Positions 48,390-60,300 of a DNA stretch of 64,000 nt are shown here, piece by piece. Source of the DNA: Podarcis vaucheri (lineage: Eukaryota). Position 1 is the first letter of the stretch. The number at the start of each line of letters is the position of its first letter. The notes under the pieces were generated by a model that saw nothing but the letters and a program-made list of their open reading frames with translations, had not been told where the DNA came from and did no database searches. The position numbers and the translations under genes are program-made. Location of the stretch: assembly GCA_965113315.1 (NCBI GenBank), contig OZ220370.1; one strand, written 5' to 3'.

Positions 48390-51300
48390 CTGCATTTAAA
48401 GAAGGAAAAGTCCAAGACAAAACTACAATGGGGAGGATGTCTTGTGGACCCTCCTGTATCAGTGGGGAGACTGGTGGGTGGAAATCCACATTTTGCTCTA
48501 GTGTGGACAAGTCTTATGTCTTGTAGGGACTATCACAAATACATGGTGAGAAGTAAGTGACATTGTTAATATATGTGACGTGGGCAGATACAATGGGCAT
48601 ATCTGGGTAAAGAGGAGAACAAACCTCAGCTCTATGGCTGCTCTATGATTTTGTCATCTACAATTACCCTTTTTTTTCACAGAGGCAATTACACTGTTCT
48701 GTACCTCATCTGTCCAACACAAGCGCCAAGGTAAAACAATGGGAGATAAACTCGGCAAGTTCAGTGCTGGCACGAAGCTATGTGGAAACAGAGTCAAATG
48801 GTGTAAAATAAAAGTTTTCCAATAAAACCCGCCATTTCCGTCCTTCCTGCTGACAGCTATATTGCTGGAAGGTGAATATATTAAAGCTGACAGTATTATC
48901 AGAGATGGCGGGACTCTTTCCACCCAGATTCTATATAAGTTTAACAATCAGGCATAGGAAGCCCCTAAGAGCCTCTTTAAATATTAAATGCAGAAATTGT
49001 TCTTCTGGTTAACGCAGCACCAAAGAGGGACAAACGGCTTTTGCTGACTCCGATAACAGATCCCCTTTAGTTAGCAATGCAGCAGCTGAAAAGTGACATC
49101 ATCTGCAACAGCAGGAAACGCAGAAATCCTGCTCAGTCTCTCCCATTTCACCCCTCCAGTCTACCATACTGTAAATTCCAGATTAGGCATGAAGCAAGGT
49201 GCTTCTCGATGAGTCAGTTTCCAGAGCTGCGTCGCCCAAAGCGTTTGCAGATTTATACCAACACTTCTCTGCTCCTATTCCGGGGGAAATAAAAGCGAAC
49301 CCAAATGTATGGAACACAGCTCTCTCTGCTTATTAAGACCGATGTGACAAATATATGGAAGTATCCACACACCACACCTCTAGTGAATTGTACATATGGG
49401 TAACGGAGGACAGACACTAAAACAACTCTTTCACAATAAAATAAAATATTATAGCATAGTTCCTTGCTGGTTTACACATCATGCCCTGAGGGTAGGCGGA
49501 ATGTAGGAAAGTGTGTTGGTCTTAAATGGCTCTAAAGGGTGATTAGATAAATTCGTGGAGGTTTATCTATGGCTACACTGAAACTTACATGTTCACAGAC
49601 TATATCCCATTGAATACCAGCTGCAGGGTAGCAACAGCAGCGGAAGGATATTGATTCCGTGCTCTGTATATGGGCTTCCCAAAGGATGATAGACTAGATG
49701 GAGCTGGTCTGGTTCAACAGGACTCTCCTTAAATTCCACTTAAAAAGACATCCAAACGGGGACATCATCTTAACACATTTATAAGGACTAATTCCCAGCT
49801 CTGGGATTTTTAGCTGCTCATATTAAAGATACTATTCTTGAACGAGTGGGAAAGAGATTCACCCTTCCATTGATGGTTTACGAAGCAAAGTGCTCTTTGA
49901 CTGGCAATCAGAAAACAAGTTGGAAATGTCAGAAATTGCAGTCAATGACTTGGTCAAGCGGTTCTGTCTCCTCACCCTTCAACCTAGAACGATGATTATT
50001 CTCAGTGCTATTTTTCCTGAGGTCCCAGAACTGAGTTCCAGCAAGTTCCGGCTGGGGGGGAAAAGCCCTGATTATTCTACTGCTTCAGTTGCTCCTGGCA
50101 GCTACTGAATGACACCCTGGTCTAAGCAAACTAGCAACAACACCATACAGATATCATATTTATCATGATTGGTACATATTTGGCCAGCTGTGACATCAGA
50201 AAGCAAACTGAATTTGCTTGTGCAGCTGTGGCAGGCAACTCCAGCCTGTACTTTATGCAACAGTCATGTCTGCCACAAATCGGGTCCTCCCTTAAAGAGG
50301 GCATGTGTTGTGGTGGGACCTGGCAACCTAACCCCGTGTTGTGGGTGGGTACGTTTGGATAGCCACAGCACCCGATTGGTAGGTCCCTCAAAGCTGGGTA
50401 CAATCTGGCCAATGGAATGCAGTCTAAACGGTTCGAAGGATCTATTTATGCCCATGCACGTGGCCCAGAGCTTCCTCTTTCGGTGCTTGCATCGGAACAC
50501 CCACCCGCCTCTCCCTATATTTAGGGCTTGCGCGCTTGACCTTGCTATGCCGTCGTGTGTCGTCTGTCATTGGGACGGGGCACGGCAGGAATTTTCCCCA
50601 TTTGGCTGATTGGCTGTTGCCATTTGGGTTTCGCCTGCCGCGTAGCAAATCATCACAACTTGTAAGGTTGCGGATAGGCTCTGGTTCAAGTGAAAGGGAT
50701 GGGACAATGCTCTCGCCATCCCTATGTGAAGGGTATTCTGTTTAAGGAATCCAGGGACTCGATGGTTTGGTCAACCTGTGAGGGGGTTGTGCCCATGCCT
50801 GAGTCCAGGGGGGCATCTGGGTGGTGGAGATAAGACTGTTCCCGGATTTCCACTTATCCAGGTGTTTACCCTTGGCTGACCTATGCTGGTGTCCTGGATC
50901 AGCGCTACCTGCAATGGTGCAAGGAGCTAGTCGAACCAGAGCATATGCAACCATTCACTTGCTGTAATCAGTAAAGTTGTGGCCTAAATTCTGCCAAAAA
51001 CCAAACCAAAATTTGAGTCTTGTCTGAATTTATTTAGGGGCGGGGGAAGGTTTAAAGGTCTCAACACACAAATGCAGTGATGTTTCTTGTAGCAAAGTGC
51101 AAAAGACAGGACATGTGCTCTTAAAAGCTGCTCTACATGTATTGGCAACAGACCTATCAGAGCTCTCACACATGGGTGCTTATGAACACGTGGCTGTTGT
51201 TCACATTCTGCGCGTGTGTTTTACAGGAAACAGCAGCACACCAGTTAATTTCTAGGCATGAAATTCTGTGTAAACTGGAGCTATTCTGAGATTGCGATGT

Positions 51301-54300
51301 CATGCTCTGGCTGAATTCAATCGGAGAGGATTAATTCAGCATAAAAGATACAGATCAATATTGGAATTCTATGCATAACTACTTAGAAATCCCTTTAGAG
51401 TTCGGTGGGACTTATTCCGGGGTAGAGATGTACAGAATTGCAGTGTAAGGCCCTTAAATGTCTTCAAGCACTTTCCAAACTAGGTATCATTATAAAGGGG
51501 GAAGAAGCAAACCCAGTCACCAAGAAAATACTGAGACATGAGAACTTCTAATGCACACATAAGATTCGTGTGAAATGTACTCCACTGAGTCACCTAAATC
51601 CAAGCTGGTAATTGCAATGTGTGAACATCATTAATACCACCAGTTTAAAAAAAAACCCTGTAGCCCATGACCATAGCCCACCAAGTCCAATCTCCTCCAG
51701 AAGACATAGTGTATAACTTGTATTCCATTAAATTCAATGGTTTTTACTAAGGAATGTTCTCCAGGGACTGTGGCATATATCCATAATTTTTATTCTTCTA
51801 GGCTGAAGACTGTTTTACTGTGCAAACAATGGAATATGTTCCAGTGCACCATGAAGAAACGCAAACAAATGTACAATACTAAATTTTTTATTTGCTTTGA
51901 CTCCAACTCTGAGGGGAAAATATGTATGCAAATGAGAGACAAAAACTGAATAGGTCTCCTGTTGCCCATCTCGACACACAGCTTATATACACTTCCACAA
52001 AGTGCTTGGATAGGCTTGGGCTTTTATGCTTGAGTTATTGGTTTGTTTACTTCAGCTAGTGCTGGTTGAAATCTCTTTTCAAGCAACAAGGAATTTCAGA
52101 CAGACTCTCTAATTCACTCTCTCTGGGATCAAGTGGTCCAGAACAGCCATAACTGTCTTACCAACTTTCTTACCAAGCTGATAAAAGGTATCCCTAGCCA
52201 CTGTGCCCCTATGTGCTTCAAGTGACAAAGATGGATCAAGGAGCATCCCCAGAAATGCTCAGTGGGGCAAATGTTCATGAGATGTCATAGGTCAGAGAAG
52301 GCAACAGTGAAGTCTTGGCACCTATGTTCCATGAACTGACTGCCCTACGTATAATCTTTCCCCAAGTGTATATTTGCAGCAGATGTGGACAGAGTTCTGA
52401 TTTGACTGAACGGTCTGCACTCTTCAGACCGTAGGCTGGACATACAATTTATGTGTGTTCATCTGTGTTTAAAATTTCCCTGCAAATAGAAAGCCAGCAG
52501 GAACCTGTCCCCTTCTGGGCTAGCTTTCTACTCACAAAGAGTTTGCTATGTGGCATAGGATTCAACAGCGGTATTCTCCACCTGTAGCCTGACGCAGAAC
52601 CAATATCTAATGTGGAATTCTGCTGCATGGATACTCAAGACACACATAAGTTAGCATGAAGAAAAGGGACAAGGGGGCAAAATTCTGGAGCCCTGCAAGA
52701 GGTTTCGGGATCAGCCACCACAAAACAAAAGAGAACAAAGGAACGATGTGCACAAAATCAGCACAAAACATTGCAGACGAGCCGTATTCTTACCTAGCAC
52801 TGCTACCATTGTTAGCAAAATCACAATGTGATTCACTTTCTTTCTTTTATGGAAATACAAAAGAATGCAGAATGCTATTACTGCCAGGATCTGAAAAGAC
52901 AAAGTGTAAAAGGCTTAAGTTGCTAAAATGCAGAATAAAAGCTTCAGACAAAATCTTTAACAAGATGTCACATACTTATTTCCCCCTTTAAAGGGATGAG
53001 TAAGAGGGGTAACCTCACCACCATTTATCAAACAATTATTCCTATAAACCTTTCCTAAGAAATGTTCACATTTTGCTGTCTAGTTCTCTTACCCTTTCAA
53101 GTGCCTACTTTATTTTTACAGCCTTGAAAAGATTTAAAACAAAGGAGAGAGGAGAGAGAGTTCTTGCAGTAATAATCTGGCAAGCAAAGGCATCCAATTT
53201 TAACTATGTATAATCACGTTGAGCCATCACTGTACATAGCAGTGCCTGCCACCCTCCAATTGCAATGAGACTACTCTGGTGTAGGTGACTTGAAGATTGC
53301 AGCCCACTCTATGGCTTATCTTACTTACCGCTTGCATTAATTACCTTCACTTACTCTTCTGTTCCTCCACCCTCATCAATAAAACTTGGACTGAACGCAC
53401 AGTTCTGCTCAGAACACCTGCAATGCATTTGTAACTCTGCACTGGTTTTCAATCACTGCCTAGCCAACTACCTGTCAAAAGGTTGCATAAAAGAAAAATA
53501 TACCAGCAGAGTTAATGGTACGCGAGGAGAGGCTGCTTTGCAAGACATTCTGCAGATGGGATTTCCTTAGCGCTGCACGCAGACTGGGCTTGCTGCTTCA
53601 TAATCGCCAGCAACACCCCCACATGCACTGCAGCCCCACTCCAAAGCGGCTTCCATATGGGACATAGATTGCTGCTTAGTAGACACATTCCATGAGGTGA
53701 ATTTCCGCTTTCCAGTGCAGATGTTGGGATCTGGTGGGTGCTTCTTTGACCTGGAAGCGGTGGGTATGCATACATAAAACTCTTTTGCGCTGGCCCTGAC
53801 CTAATATAGTATTACCTAGTATTCCCTTATGCTAGGTAATACTATTCACATAGTTACATAGGAACACAGGAAACTTTTTTATACAGAGTTAGGCCATTGG
53901 TCCATCTTCTTTTTCTTCTTTGGCGATCCCTCATAGCCGAGTAAGGCCAGTTCTGGATCCACACATCCTTCCACGGTGGGAACATAGGTTTCCAGGCAGG
54001 AGTTGATCATGGTGAGGGTTTGCCAAGTGTGCCTTCCTCTTAGCACATCTCTCCCTTTCATCCTGAGTTTGAGCGTCTTCAAAGCCCATGACACTTTTGG
54101 TAAAGGCTGTTCTCCAATTGGAGCTATCGCAGGCCAGTATTTCCTGGTTGTCGGTGTTTATACTACATTTTTTTAGATTTGCCTTGAGAGAGTCTTTAAA
54201 CCTCTTTTGTTGTCCACCAGCATTATGCTTTCCATTTTTAAGTTTGGAATAGAGTAGTTGCTTTGGAAGACAATAATCAGGCATCTGCACATCTAACTTG

Positions 54301-57300
54301 ATATTGTCCATCTAACTTGATACTGTCCATCTAACTTGATATTGTCTACACTGACTGGCAGCAGATCTCCAAGAGTTTCAGACAAGGGCCACTGCAGCCC
54401 TACCTGAAGATTCCGAGAAAAACTGAACCTTGGATCTTTTGCAGGCAAAAGAGTTGTTCTATATCGCTGAGCTGTTTTGAGTAAGAATATTTGTCCACCA
54501 AGCCCTGTTGCACTCTTACAAGCAGCGGCTTTCTGGTCCTTTTAGCTGGAGATGCATAGAGACCCAGTACTGAGTCAGACCATTGGTCCTACACTGACTG
54601 ACAGTGGATCTCCAGGGTATAAGGCAGGGGAACATTCCCAGCCCCACTTAGAGATGCTGGGGATTGAACCAAGGACCTGCATGCAAAGAGATGTTCTAGC
54701 ATTCAGCTATGGCCTTTCCCCTATGGGAAAATACAGTACTACCAATTAGGTTTCTTCTACAACAGCAGATGGTGCAGGCTTTCTGGCCTCATCTGCCTTC
54801 CCTCCCAGCACACAAGTCTTTCTTAAGGAACCCCAGGGAAGGTGGGGAAGAGCCCCCACTATGAAAGGGGGGGAAACCTTGCTTTTCAACTTTTATTACT
54901 GATATATATTTCTGAAGCCTTTTTTTATTTCCTGTGAGTAAGGAGAGTTTGGTAACTGAAAAAGTTGCCTCTTCCTCATTTGCACAGAAAAGCATGTGGT
55001 TAGATTCATTTCTTAAAAAAAAAACAGTTGATTTTAATCATCTGTGTTTTGTTATATGATTACTCTGTTCCATTATGATTTTAGACATCTGTGCTGCATA
55101 TTCAGTTTTGTTATGGCTTATGGTCAAACAATAAAACCTAAAGAAAATACATAAATAAAACAGCCAATCAGGTATGGGCATTCCTTGGTATCCCAGCTTC
55201 CAAATCTGGAACTGTAGGTTTAAAATTCTAAAACTGCCCTCAATCTGTTCAAGTCAATAAAGAGCAGCAAGTTACATTTGGAAACTCCCCTTTTTACTTC
55301 TCATAGGAAAAAAAATAGGTCGCCAGTAAATGTTCTGAAAACATGTTCAAATGGGTGTTCTAAGTGCTTCCCTGGACTGCAGCCTAAAGCTTTAGAAGGT
55401 GAGGAAAGGTATTTATCCCTAACAAGTCCACGATTTTAAGAAAGTTTTTTTATTCGTTGAGAAAGAAACGACACTGGACATGTTGGCAGGGCAAGGCGCT
55501 TGCTTAAAATAATGGGGAAATAAAAGCAGAATAGTGGATATTTTGGCTCCAGGCTTTTAATCACAGCTAGGAAATTGTTACGTGTGCTATGGGCTTGCTG
55601 GCTTCCCTCTTTTCTGATATGCAAATTTCCCTTTACTTCCCTTTATAGAACTAACCAAGAAGTTGCAGAGTTGTGCTTTCACCAATCGTATTTTCAAGCC
55701 AGAATATGCAACTGAAGTTTGAAACATTGCATGCTGTTGATTACAGAAGCGATTCTGATACTGCTTAAAATGCCATAGCATGTTTATGAATAGCAACCAT
55801 TTTGTGACAGCGCCCACAACACTTTATCAAAATTCCAGATGCGTTCACCAGTCCCCAAAGATTAGGGACATCTGAACAGATGTGTGTAAAGAAACAGTTT
55901 TGAGCCACATTTAATCCATCCACCTAGAATAGTCTTTCTCCCACGAAAAAACTAAAAACAAGCTCCTCTTGTCTTTCAGGGGTGGATTACAAGACATGAA
56001 GGGTCTGTGCTGAACTATCTCCTGAATCCTATGCATTCCTGACTCATAAATCATGTTTTCCACTCTGTCAAGATTCCCATAAACAGGCATTTCCACTCAA
56101 AGGCCACCACAAGCAGAACCTCCCTCTCTGACATCTAGCACATCATGCCATGCTTCTAAAAGTATGGATTTACTCTCACCCTTTCTTGAATGCTAGAAAG
56201 TCCAAGGCAGCCTTTGCAGAGTCAGTTTCTGCAGCTAATGCAGAGTGCTGCAGCATCTTTGGGCCAGCTCTCTCATTTGAGAGCATTTTACATAAAGCGT
56301 ATCAAACCCAAACTTATACTACATGTAGAAAAAAAAGTTTTGTTACACTAGCCTTTAGCTTACTGCGGAGGCGGCCTTGCCTTTTTTTCTATGCTCATTT
56401 CCCTATATTTTGGAAAGGCACTCTTAAATTCACACTCTGTTTGACCCAAGGAATGTGGAAGGAGTAGAAGCTGAAATAAGCAAACAGCAACATCCTTGAC
56501 CGAAAGAACAATCGGTTCCCACACGAGAAATACCTGTTGACTCTGCAAACCAAGAGTGCCTGGATTACCCTGTACAGTGGATGATGGGGTTGCAAATGAG
56601 ATCCGTATGGGATGCACGTTCGCAACCCGCAGCGTTCGCAACCCACGTCTGCGCATGCGCAGGTTGCGATTCGGTGCTTCTGCGCATGCACAAAGCATGG
56701 CTTAGCGCTTCTGCGCATGCATGACCGCTGAAACCCGGAAGTAACCCATTCCAGTATTTCCAGGTTTCAGCGGTCCGTAACCCAAAAAAAAAACGCAGCC
56801 TGAAGCGTCTGTAGCCTGAGGTATGGCTATACTGAGAGGGAACTCATTCTCTGAGTGCTAATCGTTATGTGGTCGAAAATGGTACCTTCCATGCACAACA
56901 GGAAAGTAGCAGTGGACTTGTGGAAATGGCAATGGCCACAGAATGCCAAATGACTGTTGCGCAGAGGGGAAGGTGGACTATATTGGAGGATGCTGGAAGG
57001 AGGCACAACTGGCTGGGTTCCAGAATCACAGCACTTCTCGCTGCGATGTTTTGTTCTAGACCCCACTTGCAAAGAGCGACTTTTGCATACTGTACTCACC
57101 ACATAAATCAGGAACTGCCAGTTAACTAAATCATTCTGTATCTTTCTTGCCGTGACTTCCTGGGTATCGCGGGGAGCAAAGGTCACCACCAAAAATGTTC
57201 CTGCCATCGTCACAGTTCCACCTTTCAAAATAAATACATGTAGACAAACATGTTGTTATTATTATTTTTTACAAAACACATAACTGGAAGTCTCCAGAGT

Positions 57301-60300
57301 GAACCTTCTAAATAGCAGCAGTTTGATAAAATTTAGGTGACCATGATTATGCACAAGCTCTATTTATCTCCTATGACCTGGTCATATTCCAACCACAGAG
57401 ACAGCATAATTCTATGCATGTCTACTCAGAAGAATGGCCCACCAAGTTCAATGGACTGCAGAAATGGAAGCATTTGTTTTCCTGACTATGATTCGGCTGC
57501 ATATACGTCCAAACTGACTTAGGCAGTTTTACTCATATTGCTCCCCAAGGTTACCTATGATATACCAAGTAATATAATCAATGAACTTCCCTTTCCTCTA
57601 ATTTGGTGGTCTTTCCGTTCTGCTTTGCATGTTTTTGATTTTTGTTGCTTGCATTTTAATTTTATTTCAGAACACAATTCCACAGAATTGTAGAGTTGGA
57701 AGGAACCTTAAGGGTCATGGAGTCGAACCCCCGGCAATGCAGGAATCCTGTTCACAGCCATCCCTGGGTGGGCTTGAACCACCAACCTACTGCTTAACAG
57801 CAAGACACACTGACCCATTGAGCCATCCTCCTTCTGACATGCTGGTAGTCTCATTGTCCAGTATTTGTATCTACCTGGTGCACACTGGTTAGCATCATCT
57901 GGAATGCTAACCCTCTGTCATAATACTGCCTCTAGACCCCAGGATGACGCGAAACATTGACACATGCCAGGCCAGGTATCTTAATTGTGGGCTGGGGGGT
58001 CATTCGGATTTGGGGGAAAGTAAATATCACTGAAATCAAGGATGCAACTGCATATGTAGCAGTTGTTTGAATGCAGAGCTGGTAGCTGCATAGCATAGCT
58101 CTGATGTCTTGGGATAGTTACATTGCCCTCCTCCTCTCACCACTAATAGCTATTGCTCCTGGAAGTGGTCAGAACTCTTCCTTAAGCCTGAGGACTCCGG
58201 GGATTTCCCCAGGCAGCAAGACGTATGCACAGAGTCTTCAGAAGGTACTCTGATATCTCAAGATCACTTCCAAGGGAAGCGGGGAGCAGTGTGAAAATTA
58301 ATGATCGCAGCACAGGAAAGTGAGGAATTCTGCTCCCCTTCCTTCGGTAGCAGTTTCTTTCTTTACATCACTCGTGGAAGGGCTGTGTGGTAACTACACT
58401 CATTGAAAAGAGGATGTGGGCTTGTGACAGAGTGTTCTTGAACGTGCAAGTGCATACAGACATGTGCTTTTCTTCATGAGTATGTCTTGTGTTCTTCGGT
58501 GCTGCCAAATGCCAATTTTAAATTGGTCTATGCGGTTTCTAGGCTGCTTTTTAATTTTATTTCAGAGGTCCCATCCCATAAAAATAAAATAAAACAAATC
58601 AATAAATCAATGTGGAACGTGAGTTTCTGGGGCACAGACTACTGCACAGAACATCAATGGGACATAATAGCACATTCACAATTTAGAGGTGGGGGGAACA
58701 ATCCCCACAGTGTTCTATATTTATGCATTTGCACAAACCTCCCAACAATCACCGTATCTGCCATGGTACAGCTAACTCAAATGGAATGCAGCAACATTGT
58801 TAAAAAACCTCCATGGCAAAGACAAACTCGCAGAAATAAAATAAATCAGCCCAGAACTCTAGTTAAAACATTGTGCAGCATACAAGACTGAAGGGGAACA
58901 TGATCAGCTGAGGGATGAATTCTCCATGTATCACTTGGACCAAATAACTAAATATTATAGGGCTATTGGAGCAGCACTGAATTTCTTTCTCCAAACGCCC
59001 ACAACAGCTGTGCAATTACCGTACAATCATTACACTAACAGCCTGCATCATCTGCCTGCTTATTTGCGCAGGGAGCCCAGTCATCCTCTTCATTTTGCAC
59101 GTATGACAGGCACTCCAAACAAGATAGACGTTCCCACACAGATAGCACTTCTGTGTAGGAAAAAAGTATGCAAATCGTCACTAGGGATGGGTGAATTCTG
59201 TCAGTTTTGGTTATTCCCTGTTTCCTGTTTTTCTAATCTGAAATTCAGTTCTCCACATACTAGTTCACAATTAAAGCAAAAGCAAAAACCAGCCTCATGA
59301 AAACCCACCGGCCTTTTAGTGCAAATATCCCCTACTATACACAATTTTTGTCTAACATACACATGTTTTGGAAACAGTTATCTGCAATATAGTGCATTTT
59401 GTATGCTATTTTCACTAATATATATCATACCTTACTTCCTTCCCTTCCTCTTCCCCTTTTAATGAAGATTACCCGCTCTAGGATCCCACAGCTAATTCTC
59501 CCCTGGTCTCCTCACTGGCCCAAATAGGACTAATTTAGCCAGCTAGCCCTGGTGATCATCTAATGTTTATTGGGACTGTCCCTGCTAAATTGATTTTTGA
59601 ATTCTGAATTTATTGTTATTCACGTTTTATACTGTATTTTATGCTGTTTTTTGTTGCATCAATTAAGTGTTTTAAATTTTTTGTTAGCCGCCGTGAGCCT
59701 GGTTTTCTGAACCAGGAATGGTGGGGTATAAATAAAAGAATTATTATTTATTAGGTCAAGCTTAGTCGTAAACTGATATGGCTGCTTTGAGCCCTCCACA
59801 ACAACAAATTACCTCTATGGCACTTGTTCACAAGCAGTTGATGAGAAGACCTTGTCTAACAGCAAGTGGACAGGTATCATTGCTAGACATTGCTACGGAA
59901 TTTGAAATTGATCCTTCATCCACCAAACTCCCAGTTAGAGAGCCTCTTGCTTCCCTGAGTGACAATGTCATAAGGGATCTGTCTACAGATCAAGCATATG
60001 GGTACTGGATCATACAGGCCATAAGGACAGGGAAACCTTCCCATGGATTTGGCCCTTCTTGAAATTGGTCCAGTGAGCCATTCAAGGTGGTTAACAACAG
60101 CAAACAGGTTTTGCTGCATATGGGTTCCAATGGCTTTAAAGGCAAATCCCGCAACAGCTTAAAGGCTGTTAAATAGAATACATCACTTGTGTGTAGTACC
60201 CCTGCTGGTTCAACAGCAAAGTAAAACACTCCTTGAGTAGAAGGCCCACACCACTTCTTGTTTCAGCTGTGGTGAGTTAGGCTGCAAAAGAAGGCTGTGG

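Noticed and set aside
50131-50954. Cluster of overlapping ORFs
   Set aside because: Explained by the GC-rich solo LTR; no recognisable gag, pol or env motifs.
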